Of a DNA stretch of 64,000 nucleotides, positions 41,962 through 55,100 are shown one piece after another; the stretch's first letter is position 1; the number at the start of each line of letters is the position of its first letter. Origin of the DNA: Owenia fusiformis (Eukaryota). The notes beneath the pieces were generated by a model, which saw only the letters and a program-made list of their open reading frames with translations, had not been told where the DNA came from and did no database searches. The stretch spans positions 10,974,001 to 11,038,000 of the forward strand of contig CAIIXF020000001.1 of the NCBI GenBank assembly GCA_903813345.2, written 5' to 3'. The translations under genes and the position numbers were made by a program.

Positions 41962-44692
41962 ACATCTTGTTTCAAATTGACCATTTTTTTAAATTAATCA
42001 TCTGCAAGTTTGTTCATACTCATGTAAGATATATTTTACGTTTTTTTCTGAATCAATGCATGGTTTGTGTAGGGGGCTTGCTGTTAATTTTATTGGGATA
42101 TAACTGGATCTCTGAATTTCTTATATTTTTGAGGGTATAATACCATACCACCTCTCCCTTTGTCTCTCCTTTGTCCTTTCCTCATATTACAATAAAGGCT
42201 GCTAAAGCCAAAATAGTGTTCTTTGATTATACTGCTGGAATATTCTCCTCATATAATTTTGCAATTTCTGCAAGATTGCTCAGTTTATAAGTCCTATTTG
42301 TTGGTCCAAAGTGATTGAGGGCTCAGTTGGTGAGTCCCAGCATACCAATATGACCAATAAATCATCATGAAAGTTAAAAGGTTAATCAGAATTAAGCATT
42401 TAATCAAAGCATTTAGCATTTAATCAAGGCACAGGGGGATTGCTCATTATTAAGTTAGGCTGATTGCTTCAGTTCTCATACTCAACATTGACCTCATACA
42501 AACCTGATAAAAAGTACACTCTGAACTGAGCCTATTTATTTTAAAGTTCCAAATCGGTGATTCATGCAGTATTATAAAAGAGAGACTTCAAAAAGACAAC
42601 AGAGCACCAAACAGTGCAATCAGGTATGACCACCAAGAAATTTAAAACAACCTTGCAACCAATCAGAAATATCTTTTCAGATTAGAAAATTGTAAATTTC
42701 ATAGGCACCAAAGTGTCACATTATTTAATCACATATGCCACATCATTATTTTGTACAGAACCATGCTGTCGACGCCATTTAGGAACATTGCTTCTCACCA
42801 TGAGTTTAGAGAGCCTCCTAAGAAAGCCAATGTTCTCACAATAACAATTACTATTTTTTGAAGAAATTACATTTAAGACATACAAATGCTCTTAGAATGT
42901 ATGGGCAAATGAGACCTTTAATAGAACCAATCAGCTACTGAATCACCGTTTAGTTAAAGATATCTCTTTAAAATCAGTGGTCAATTGTTTTCCCTGTGGG
43001 ATAACAAGTAGGTGTTAATATTGAGTGAGAGAAACATTTTACTAAGTACCACATCTATCCCTCTATTACCACAAAGGTATGTGAATTACAATCACTTTCC
43101 TGGATTGGTTAAAATAACTTGCCTCTCATCTTCGAACAATTATGACTTGAGTGGTCTTCTGTACCTTAATCAATTCCTAAGTGTTTTAATTGGATTTTTA
43201 TATGTGGCCTATTGATCCACTGAGATGCCTTTATTGCAACATGTGCAGCTTCATTTAACAGGTTGGATGACATATGGTAGGAAATATGCAGAAAATGATA
43301 AAAACCAAAGAGTAAGGGTTTTGTTATTGAATTTGGAGGAAGCAATTAGTATGAAGGGAAAATGAACTTACAAAAACAAGAGGGGCAACAAGTGTTTCGC
43401 AAATAAGCACCAAGGGCAACATTTAATGAGTATATGTGTGTGTGTCATATTGTTTCATTAAGCGAAATGATACCACTGTAGCTATTTTTATTAAACAAGA
43501 AGTTCATATCTTAGAATTTGTTTGAAAACTCCACACTCATGAGCTTTTAAATGACATCAGCAGTTAAGAATAACAATTTGCCTTCTACTGATCCTTTGGC
43601 CCATCATATGGAGATGACATTTACAAAGTAGTCAAGGTTGCTATTTTTGCTTTACTAAGCATAATCAAAAAGGAGCACTTTATGTGTGAGATATAATCTG
43701 TAAAAGAAATAAAAAGAAATAAAAATAGGTCACATGAGTATATAACCTTGCCCTTTGCACAATATCATATTTCAAAATTGAAACTCATATCTCATCCCTT
43801 ATGCAATCCTGTACCAGATTATTGATCAATTTTAAATCAGATAATGATTGGCAGCTGTTATTTATCGATGATAACGAAAGAATATGGATTTATTCTTTGA
43901 AACAATTTGACATTGATCTTGAAAAATATCAAATTGGCACTTGGGTACTAGGTGGTATGACATATACTATGATCAATATTATATTTTCCTCCAGAATAAA
44001 ACTCATATCCATTCCTTCTATTAATTTTGCAGTTATTTCCAAATTGCTGTCTATAGTTATGCAACAAAAATCTAAAAATCAAGTTGGTCCTTGAAAATAT
44101 AGAATATTTGCTATATCATTAACCATTAACAACAATATATTGAATGATGAATGTTCAAAAGAGCAATAAATATTATATATTAATGAAAATTACAAAAGAA
44201 TAAGATTATTGCAAACATATTATTTCTTTGATGGCCTCAGAAATATTCATAACATTTATTCAACCTATGAATGTATGATATTGATAATATCTTGACATTT
44301 TTATTGCTTTAAAATATTTATACCTTATTTCAAAGCTTCATATGCATTATTGGAAATATATTACAATTCAAAGTCACTTATACATAATTTAAAAGATCAT
44401 AGTTATTGTAACCTCCTTGTGTATTTGAGAATAACAGTTTTTGATAGATGAATCATTCCTAAAGGTGAATATACTTGTATAAATAAAATTTTAAAAAATC
44501 ATGAGTAAAGATTTGTTTTCCTTATAACTTTCATGCTTATTAATATATAGTACTATACTGTATATAGTACTTGAATTACACATAAATGTTTTTAAAATTG
44601 AAGTTTGCATTATTTGGATTCAGTCTTTGAAATAATCTTGTTTTATATGATGAATGATTATCAATGAATAATAGATAGTATCATGTCACACT

Positions 44693-45633
44693 GTCATGCC
44701 TAACCATCAATAACATACAGTGACAAAATATATGGGTGTACACTTTAGACTATGTTGTCACATATTAACGATTTGAGGGAAAAACTGTGATGTATGTTTT
44801 AAAAGATTTATTTGAGGAATATTCATGTATAATTTCTTGTGCATGCACTTGGCAAGACATTTAACTTTCAAATTAAGTTAGCAGATTCTCGGGTAATGTT
44901 CAATTTTTTCTAGGTAATTCCAACCACATAATTGACCGACTGGAAAATGTTGGTTATATCCACATTTTCATTAATAATTTTTTTTCCCCTAGCGTCTTAG
45001 AGTGTCAATTATTTTTTTTATAAGAAACTGCTTCTGTAAACTACACAATATAGGACAGATGAAGATTTAATAAATATTCACATTTTGACAATAATTTATA
45101 AAAATTAGAATTGTATGTTGTCAACTCGAGTGTACGTTGACACTTTGATATTCAGATGTAAATTCACATTCAATTAAACAGCGAACCATATGTTATCATG
45201 TACACATGTACAGGTAATTTACAAAATACATTTGATGATGTATGATTATATACACTCGAGTTGACAACGTACAATTCTGTTTTTTAAATTTATACCCAAA
45301 GCGTGAATATTTGATAAAGCTTCATCCATCCTAAATTGTGTAGTTTATAGAAGCATATTCATACAAAAATAATCGACACTCTAAGACGCTAGGGGGAAAA
45401 GTGGTTAATGAAAATGTGAATATTATCAACATTTTCCAATCGGTCACTAAAGTGGGTGGAATTACATGTACCTAGAAAAAACTCGACCACTTCTCGAGAA
45501 TTTGTCTACGTAATTAGAAAGTTAAAGGTCTTGCCAAGTGCATGCTCGAGAAATTAAACATGATTTACTTCATCATCTAAAGTGTACACCCATATATTTT
45601 GTCACTGTACGTTGCTGATGGTTAGGGCGTGAC
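44693..45633. mobile_element. ~940-bp foldback element with ~380-440-bp inverted arms
   Basis: Arms 44693-45135 and 45251-45633 are reverse complements (e.g. TACAGTGACAAAATATATGGGTGTACACTTTAGA; CCCCTAGCGTCTTAGAGTGTC; TTGTCAACTCGAGTGTA); ~115-bp spacer. Confidence 0.9.
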
Positions 45634-46424
45634 TGATAGGCCTTGATCTTATTTTTTATTTCCTGATTTGGATATTTTAGGCATGGGGACCATCTCAATG
45701 TTTTAATTGATTGAATCAAGTTAAGCCCCTCACCCTAAATATCAAGTTTCTATCTAGTATTCTTCTTAGGAATTGATACATGATACTCATAAATCAAAAT
45801 TGGCATTACCGTCTTTCCCCAAACATAATTAATCACATCAATTTTAACACTATCCCTTAATTGGGTGGAATTGATTATTGAATTTAAAGTGTGTTAATCT
45901 CATATTTTGCCCCTGGCACTATCTGATCACAAATTGGAAATGTATTATGTTACTCCAGAAGTGAATCTCTAGCTTCAATGTATCTGCATGAAACAGATAC
46001 CAACAACAACAACATGACATAATTTTGGGGCACCTTGAAAGATCATCCTCATTTCCACAAACAGATTGCAAGCAGAAAGTAATTTACCATGCTGGCTTCT
46101 TTACCCAAAAGAAAACTTTATAGAGCCACAAATTAACTGAAAATGTATGATATCATTTGAAGGAAGGCAAGAGTAAATCAATATTTGTGTAGTATAAAAT
46201 ACCAGAGATATTGGCTAAGTAAATAGGGACAGCATAACATTTCAGTTGCAAATCATACTTAAACTAAAATGGAGTAATCTTCTTTTACCCAATCATGTCA
46301 TTAAGGTTTAGGGGCTTTGGAGTAAGAAGAACTCATTAGTTGGCAAAGTGTTGATTACGAATTATTGCCACTTCTGGAAAAGAAACCTCATGGAGGGTAT
46401 TATGTAGTAATTATTATGTCAGCT

Positions 46425-46876
46425 AACTAAGGAAATGTAACAAAGAATCCACTATGTCTATTTTATCTACGATAAGATAGTCCACCATATCAGCAGTTTT
46501 CCCTTGATGAAGTTGTCCTTCAATCCCCAGTTAAGAACTTCAGAGTATTTGACTATTCCACAGTCCAAAACTTAAACAAACTGTTTGTACTTGTCCATCT
46601 ATGTATCAGTGCAAAGGAAATATTGTACTCCTGGTTTTCAACTGCGATTAAACTAAGGAAATGTAACAAAGAATCCACTATGTCTATTTTATCTACGATA
46701 AGATAGTCCACCATATCAGCAGTTTTCCCTTGATGAAGTTGTCCTTCAATCCCCAGTTAAGAACTTCAGAGTATTTGACTATTCCACAGTCCAAAACTTA
46801 AACAAACTGTTTGTACTTGTCCATCTATGTATCAGTGCAAAGGAAATATTGTACTCCTGGTTTTCAACTGCGATTA
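46425..46876. repeat. Exact 226-bp tandem duplication
   Basis: 46425-46650 and 46651-46876 are identical by eye. Confidence 0.95.
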
Positions 46877-47186
46877 AATTTCACGAAATTTGTGATGATG
46901 ATAAAATTGCAAACAAATAATTGGCACAATTTGCCAATTGAATCCCAGGCGAAATATAACATTTGGTAGACATGCTTATTGTACATTAATGAACCACTGT
47001 TTGTGTCATGGGGTAATATTTAAAAACTTCAGGGGGTCTTTGGTAACTTAAGTTTACAAGCTTGAGGATTCATATCAGAGAAATGAATTTTAACTTGTGA
47101 AATCTGCGTAATTTTATAGCGGCGAAATTGTGATACCTCAAAATTTGCAAAATTTAATAGCGTCGAAATAAACAGGGAGTACAGTA
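46847..47186. mobile_element. TA-flanked MITE related to 38932-39105
   Basis: TATTGTACTCCTGG...CAGGGAGTACAGTA termini; shared ATAGCGTCGAAAT motif. Confidence 0.8.
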
Positions 47187-47432
47187 ATACAATGCCCCTT
47201 AATATGAATAGGTTTTTGTGTCTTTCATGGTTACATGCATTAAGTCACTACCATTAATATAGGATGCATTATACCCTCTCATGCGAGTAATGAGCAATAC
47301 GTGAGATACGTCAGCATTGGTGGCATATAAAATATTATCCTCTTTTATGCCTAAGTAATACCTCAATATTCTCATTTGTGAGAACTGATAATGTACAAAC
47401 TACAAAGGCAGTATTCAAAAAACTTTCATTTC

Positions 47433-47826
47433 AAAGGACGATTCTCGGTTTGGAGAACAGTCTCCTGGGCTAATAATTTTTTTTATGAAAAATATAGAAA
47501 TATTACCCAACTTAAACTATGAATATTTAAAAGAGGACATTTAAATCTACAAGATGTAAAAATAACAAATTTGTCTGAAGCAGGGATAACGCTCAAATAG
47601 ACCGATTCAATAAAATACATGTCTCGATTTAGGGAAAGAAGTTCATCAGTGTACTGCGCTAATATTTTTTTGCAAAAAATCTAGAAATATTACCCAAATT
47701 AAATTATGACTTTTCAAAAGAAGACATTCAAATCTATATTATGTAAAAATATCAAAATTGTCCGAAGCAGGGATAATGCTCATTTAGTTTGATGAACTTC
47801 GTTCTCCAAACCGAGAATCGTCCTTT
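47433..47826. mobile_element. MITE with perfect 26-bp TIRs (Kolobok-like AGG...CCT ends) and internal ~188-bp tandem repeat
   Basis: AAAGGACGATTCTCGGTTTGGAGAAC (47433-47458) and its exact reverse complement (47801-47826); duplicated TAGAAATATTACCCAA...GAAGCAGGGATAAYGCTCA. Confidence 0.9.
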
Positions 47827-50438
47827 AGATATTTTATGACATGTCAATAAAATATTTTGATATACATGTAGCTCATGTAAAAATGGTTTTGAATTGGTTC
47901 ATTCATACATATTATGATTTGTGTTGTTTTGATTTTCAAATGTTGTCAGTTGTGCTTTCTGTTGTTTAGGATGCCAGAGACATTTATCATGCACTTTTGA
48001 AAGAATATTGCATCAGTAACATTTTTAAAGGCACAGTATTATTTTCACTGGAGATATTGTTATAAATATGATGGCATACCCTTTCCATTAGCAAATCTGT
48101 TTGCAATATATGGTGCACCAAAACTGATATGTCAAGCACAATAAATGCACATTAATGTGGATAAAAAATGATTTTCTATGACGGAAATGAAGGTGGTACC
48201 ATTAGTTAAGAAAAATGAGGACATAACGATCTCCAAAATACTCTAATATATTATATTTTAAGTGTATGATAAATGCTGTGCTTGATTAGAAAGTATCATC
48301 TGTAGATTGGCTCAATAATGATTCAGTGATACAGGATCGTTAGGATAAGCCAGCATTTGAATGTAGACATTAATTACCTGTGATTTTTCATTTCAGGAGA
48401 AGATCACAGTAACTGGAAGTACAGCACGTAGAGGGGAGTACCATAGCTGTTTATAGGAAGGAGAGAATATATATTTGAATTGACAAATAAACAAGAATCC
48501 ATCTAAGAACTTGAAACTTTGACGTGTATAAACACAGGCGTAGCAAGACAGTGTAGAATGTTGCAAATGGCAAAAACTGAACTATGACCATGACCTGCAA
48601 AGTCGAAATAAGAATCTGCAGTTATCCATATGCATACTTCACTATTCATTGATGGAGCAACTGTTGAGTTTGAATAATGAGAAAAAAATAATCTTTCTTA
48701 TCTAACATCAGTCTAGTAAACAACTGTAGTGCAGTAATATTGGAATGGTATCCGATAAAACATGCGTATTGGCATTTGCCATTTTCTGAATAAACCAATT
48801 TCAATCCATTGTAAATATATATTCCTCTTGAAATATAAACATACCAAAATTTAGAAAAAATTAAGTTGAGACTATGTTTATTGTATCCTGACATAAGCCA
48901 ATTGAGGAAACATCAGGTATAACAGTTGTTGCGGCAGAACTGACAGACATTTCTATCATTATCTGTTCGAAATGTAGGAAAATCATGAGGAAGATAACCA
49001 TATGCCTTATGGAGATCTAACTGGTCAAAACTTCAAAGTAATAGAAAATCACTTAGTAATGATGTATAATATATGTGTTACAAGAGTGCATTGTGTGTGG
49101 TATATAGACATTATTCTATTCAACTGTTCCGATGCTGTTTCATATATGTGTGAACAAATGTCCCACATTTAAAACATGATAAGAAAGCACAAAGGCAAAC
49201 ACTGACAATCACAAGCATGTTAACTACCAAATACATCATATCAGCCATTGAAGACAACAAATATTCAAAATCTCCTAAAATAAAACATCTTAAAAATAAC
49301 ATTCAGACTAACCAAAAGTGTTCCAACATTAAAGAGTATATGCTATTTATACAGAACATCAGTTTTTATGTAATGATCAATGATAGAGCTTGCCACAAGA
49401 GCTTAAGGCCACAACAGTCAATCTACAATACCAAATATTGACCACATGATCAACACAAATATGTGTCAAAAGTGGAAGACACAGAAAGAAAAAAGCAAAC
49501 ATTTAAGACTGCAACTAGTCAGGTGGAAATATGGAATATTTTGAATTATCATCTAACACACAAAATAACAATGTCTAACATCCCACCCAATCATTCAGGA
49601 ATCAGTATCATAATTCAAAACCAAAATATCTTTGGACATTTTTTTGGGGGGGTGGGGGGCATTTTACAAAAGTCATTACAATCATGTTGAAGAACAAAAT
49701 AGTATATACTAGTCACTAGATGTACTCATAAAAGATGGAAACAGGTCACAACAGATACAAATCAAGTTTCATAGTCCAAAGGCAAGCTAATGGTAATGGT
49801 CTTATTGAATTTTGAGACTATTTTCACCTGTCAAACATAGCTTTGGGTAGAAGAGTGCAGAAGTGTGGGACAAAACTTTTGGCCTCATAGTACAGGCAAT
49901 ATGTATAATAGGTCCACATTGGAAAATGGGTAAAGACAATTACCTTTGTTATTAATCTAATAGAAATGTTCCAATATTGAAACAGAATATATAATACCCC
50001 TATAATGGGAACACACAAAAAGCTATTGGGGGACATTAATGGTCAAAATATATAGTACTCTCACACACAGAAGTTATTGGCATATCTACAACTGTAAGTG
50101 GCAGGGAGGGAAATGCTGTAGTAGACAATCAGCTGACTGCTGAGTGGAAGACTTCTCAATAACACCTAGTGATATATTTGGTAAACATTGATAAACAGCT
50201 GTATCAGTCTTCTCAGGAAGATCATTGCATGTTCCCATCTTCTCTTACCACTGATGATTGAGAGGTCCATACACTGACCATAGAAGATATTGAATCAATC
50301 ATTATATATCTATGGGAATGACCCCTCTTGCATGATTATGATAAAATTACACAAATACAAAACAAACCATACATAGATACCATTTAAATTGCATTAGTTT
50401 TGACCTGATTAGAAGTGCAGAATGTGTTACTTGTGACC

Positions 50439-51244
50439 TTATTATTCCATCAAACAAAGTTCAGAGAGATACAGGGAACGCCTCCGTCCGTCCGTCTTGG
50501 CAATAACTCAAATACCGTTGGCCCGATTTTGGTCATATTTTGTACACATACATGTATACCCTATGGAAGTAGAAGTTCAGCTCGAAAGACAATTCTTAAA
50601 ATGGCCGCTCATTTAAAAATGGCAGCCATTTTAGTGCCGATTTTACAGTAATTTAGGTGCAATATGTATAACTAATAGCAATATGTTTTAAATGTAAAAG
50701 CTAATGGTAAAATGGCTAATGGCAGCCATTTTAGTGCCGATTTTACAGTAATTTAGGTGCAATATGTATAACTAATAGCAATATGTTTTAAATGTAAAAA
50801 AGTTGTATAGGACATTAATAAAGCTAGAAATGTAGATATTAAAGAAGCATATGGCAGCCATCTTGAAAAATGGCTGCCTTTACTCGTTATTTTACAATTT
50901 TTGCTGTTACTCGAAAAGTAGTGGAGCGATTTTGTTCATATTTGGTATGTGAATACCATAAGCATGGCACACTGTCTAATGAGTTTTGGTAGAAGGCGGC
51001 CATTTTGAAAAATGGCTGCCATTTTAAGGTATTTTACTATAACTCAAAAAGTAGTGGAGCAATTTTGTTCATATTTGGTGGTATGTGAATACTATAAGCA
51101 TGGCACACTGTCCAATGACAGTTTTGGTAGAAGGTGGCAAATTTGAAAAATGGCTGCTGTTTTTCTGTATACTTTGTTTGTAAAAATGCCAGCCATGGCT
51201 GTTCGATGGGATTTGCTACGATTTGGCGTTGCTGTTGTCTAGTT
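50439..51244 (+). mobile_element. Complete HINE family B element
   Basis: 5' subTIR ATTCCATCAAAC (50444-50455), (CCGT)n, core repeats with AAAATGGCNGCC, 3' subTIR GTTCGATGGGAT (51201-51212) and terminal hairpin; TT at both junctions. Confidence 0.85.
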
Positions 51245-51251
51245 ACTATTT

Positions 51252-51700
51252 TAGAATGTGTTAATCTTGACTTAATAAATAGTCTAGAATGTGTTAGTCT
51301 TGACCTAATAAATAGTCTAGAATGTGTTAGTCTTGACCTAACAAATATTCTAGAATGTGTTAGTCTAGGGATTATTAATTTTGATGTTAGTCTTGACCTA
51401 GTGCATATTCTAGAATCTGTGTAAGTCTAATAAGTCTTGACCTATTAATAGTTGTGTTAGTCCATAGTCTAGAATCTGTAAAGTGCATAATCTGTTAGTA
51501 TTGATCTTATTGATAGTTCAGAATATGTCAGTCTTGGCCTTAATTATATGATAGAATGTGTTTACCTACACAATTGTTTAGAATGTGTTTGTCTTGGACT
51601 AATCTTTAGTCGAGAATGTGCAAGTCTTGACTTACATTCGAATACTTACATTCGAATATTCTACCTAATCAATAATCAATGTGTTAATCTTTAATCTTGG
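51252..51700. repeat. Minisatellite, ~33-bp unit (TAGAATGTGTTAGTCTTGACCTAATAAATAGTC), decaying rightwards
   Basis: First three units are near-identical and later units diverged; explains the repeated peptide in ORF 51134..51424. Confidence 0.9.
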
Positions 51701-54700
51701 CATAATTGTTGACCTCTCCTTCAACAATGTTGACCTTTATGAACTTAATACTTCAACACAGACTTTGGATATGGCCATGGTTATGTGATTCCGATTTGCT
51801 TGAGTCTTCACGGCTAAAGCATAGAGCCTCGTACTAAACTAAGCTCCTTTCAAAGAACTTGAAGCGAACTCAAAATATTGGAAAGGGTAAAGAGTCATGG
51901 GATTCCCCGGAGTCGTCCGCGATGCAGGATGTAAAGGGAAGTGTAGAGGATAGGATATGAACATTTACCAGTGCATAATTGGTAAATCTTGAGATAAATG
52001 GACGTACTTTATCTAGTACTCATGCATAAGGCAGATAAATGCGGCTTTATTGAATATGATTGCAAAAATGGCATCAGTTTGCTACACGGTGCCATATTGT
52101 GACTCTCCCGAGACCAAATGTCACTGGTTCACTGTTAATACAGATGACAAACACTTACTTGCACGGTGACGAATATATCTTGAGACTACGTAAGTTGAAT
52201 GTTGTTTGCTCCAATAGGCTTAATACTGAGGATTTCTCAACATCACAAATCATCGGACAAACTGTCAATGTGAAATATTCCTAATGGCACCCTTGGTTCC
52301 AATATCAAAGAAAGTGTTTAGGAAATTGATGATAAATGTCATATATTCGAGGTTATTTACTGCATTTTGCACGAATTTTCCAGTTTAATGATTATGGATA
52401 AAATCTCCATCTACATAAAGAGGTGATATATACATCTTCTCCTTGAAACATATCAGAATGGTGTACATCAGATATACAGCAAATAGTAGAATGATAAAGG
52501 TGAAAAACATATCTTGAGAACAATCCATCAGATTTATTTCTTGCATTTATTCACGCCTTGCTGATCCTGATGCTAATCTATCTTCCCTAAATGTATTTCT
52601 GAAAGGTATAAACTTAACGAGGTGTAATTAAGTAGAGTGCTTACTTTCGTATTAAGGAAATCATTGCGTTAATTATTGCTTTAAAGAAGGATATAGTTTA
52701 TCATTGTTATTGGGCGGATTTTCCTGCTCTCTGTCACACAAATTCTGATGGACCTTTTACCCCTGACAGCAGAGATGAAAATTCCGGAGAAGACTTCCAT
52801 AATTCCCGCATCTTAAGCGTCTTTCTTTTAAGTAATTTGTCAACAATAGACTCATCTCCAGGTTAACTCCTTTGACCATCAGGATGAGATAACTTAGAAT
52901 AAAGCTTTCAGATTAATGGAATGTTCAAAATGTATTGATAAATTTGTGATATCGATTTATAGCAGCCCACACCCACCAGGTGTGAAACTAGCATGTTGCT
53001 ATTATGTAAACACATATAACACGTATTTAAATATTCATGATAAATGAATAATGTTTCATTATATATGATTTAAACTATTATTAAAGCAATGATTCCATTG
53101 TATTTACCAATGGCAAATATAGGAGCTATTTTATTTCATCATATATAGAGATACCACATGTTCTATTAATCATGAGATGTTATATTAAAATATAAATGTG
53201 ATTTCTCACTTACCAGAGGTATTACGTTACACCAAGGATATGTGGTCTTGGACGCGCATCATCGACTTCTAATAGTTCATTCTGACAGAATTACTGCTGC
53301 TAAATCTATTGACGAACCTATATATTCCCTGGAAATCAATAGTTTGCTATTTTAGAGTTAATCATAACCAGAGTATCATCTCTTGATGCAAATGGAACAG
53401 ATTCTAAAGAAGCCGAGTGTAACGTGAAGTCAAGAATTGGCATCAGGCGATCATGGCGAATCACAGTAATCCACCAGACTTTTCCATTCAAATCAAAAAG
53501 AGATATTATTGACCACATACGGAGTCTTGCAGAAGAATTTGTGTAGAACCGGCGACGCGGGACGGGACCAATTTATAAATTAAAGACTCAATGTTGATTG
53601 ATTAGAGAATTGCCTGCTTATTTGGCCTTATCAGACCCGCCTCACCAGAATCCTGTTACAAAACACTGAAATCAGAATGAACTGCCTGTTTTAAGATGTT
53701 AATGTCAACTCGATATTTCTGTCAATCTTTTTATCTCTTTTTTAACATGTTTGTATGTTTTGTCGGTTCATCGTTTTTCAGTAGGCCTACCGTTTAATCA
53801 ACATGATCAGCTCAAATGGATATTTAAGAAATTTAAAGTTTAAATAGCCGATAGCCAGATGGCTGTAGTAATCCTCGTTTTATTCATTGTCTGACCACTG
53901 CGCTTGGGGTAATCCCCCATTCCTATGAGGCATAAATACATTTTTAAATAAGCGTCATATCAGTTAGTAGTATGATGTGTGGTAGGTATGACCCTTAAAT
54001 TCAAATGTTGATTTTACTAGTTTTCTGAAAGGGAACTTGTGGAAAAGAATTCAAAAGAACGACACCAGTAAGTACAAATGTTAAAGAAACCTATCGGCAG
54101 TGTATCAAATATAAAGCCCCCCCCCCCCCTCCCTATAAAAGAAGTTGGACAAAGCAAGCTCAGATTGGATATCACACATGAACTAGCTGTAAATCCCGAT
54201 TCATGTCGTATTTTGTAAACTTGTTGCAGACTCGAATGTTGCCATACACACCCTTACACATGTATGTTATAAGAAAAATCGTCTTATTAAGGTGTTTTGC
54301 ATGAAGTCAGAATATTTTAAAAGATGTCATTAAAAATCATCACTCAAATTACTCAATGTCAAAGTACGTTACTTCTGTCAAACGGTTTAAGCCCAAGTGA
54401 CTCACATTTAACATCAATCGGTATTTAAAAGTATAGATGCTGTCTTATATAATGAGTAATTTGGTCAGTTACCCAGCAACGAGAATTCCCCACGCGCACA
54501 TTTATTGGTGAAATGCGTCTAACGAGCAATGAACCATGAAAACCTAAGGGATACCTCATCTCCTCGTGCTATCATCACCTCTGTGAATGCTTTGCATAGG
54601 TCAATAATTATTCGCATCACTTCCTTATATTGTATAGTACCAGTATGGTCTACTGACATCGTGTTGTTATGGTTGAACCGCTTGGACCATGAAACAAAAA

Positions 54701-55100
54701 GCAGTAGCACTTATCAAGGGACTCTGCTCATTCAATGCCTTCCATTGAGGCCTTTGTATTATCTGCGTTGGTCTATAGTCAATCTCTAACTCATAAAACT
54801 TTGGAAGCGACTCTCGTCGGGGGTGTGTACTGCCGTCCCAGAACACCAATAAAACTTATCGGTTTTTAACACTTCAGTTGATTAACGACATTAACTATAC
54901 AATTTATTTGATATATTTCACCAACTTGGTAAAAATGTCTGTCCTCAAGAAAGTACGATACTTTAGATTGTAGGGTAATATGACCACAATAAAGATAATG
55001 GCCACTTAGAACATCATTTTAGGAACACATATCGGTTATAAGAGATGGGTCAATAATTATACATTTTACGGGTGTTTTATGAGATCTATATTATTTCTAA

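Noticed and set aside
41744..51424. Similar peptides in ORFs 41744..41959, 50415..50651 and 51134..51424 as a gene family
   Set aside because: They are translations of the same non-coding HINE repeat and the adjacent minisatellite.
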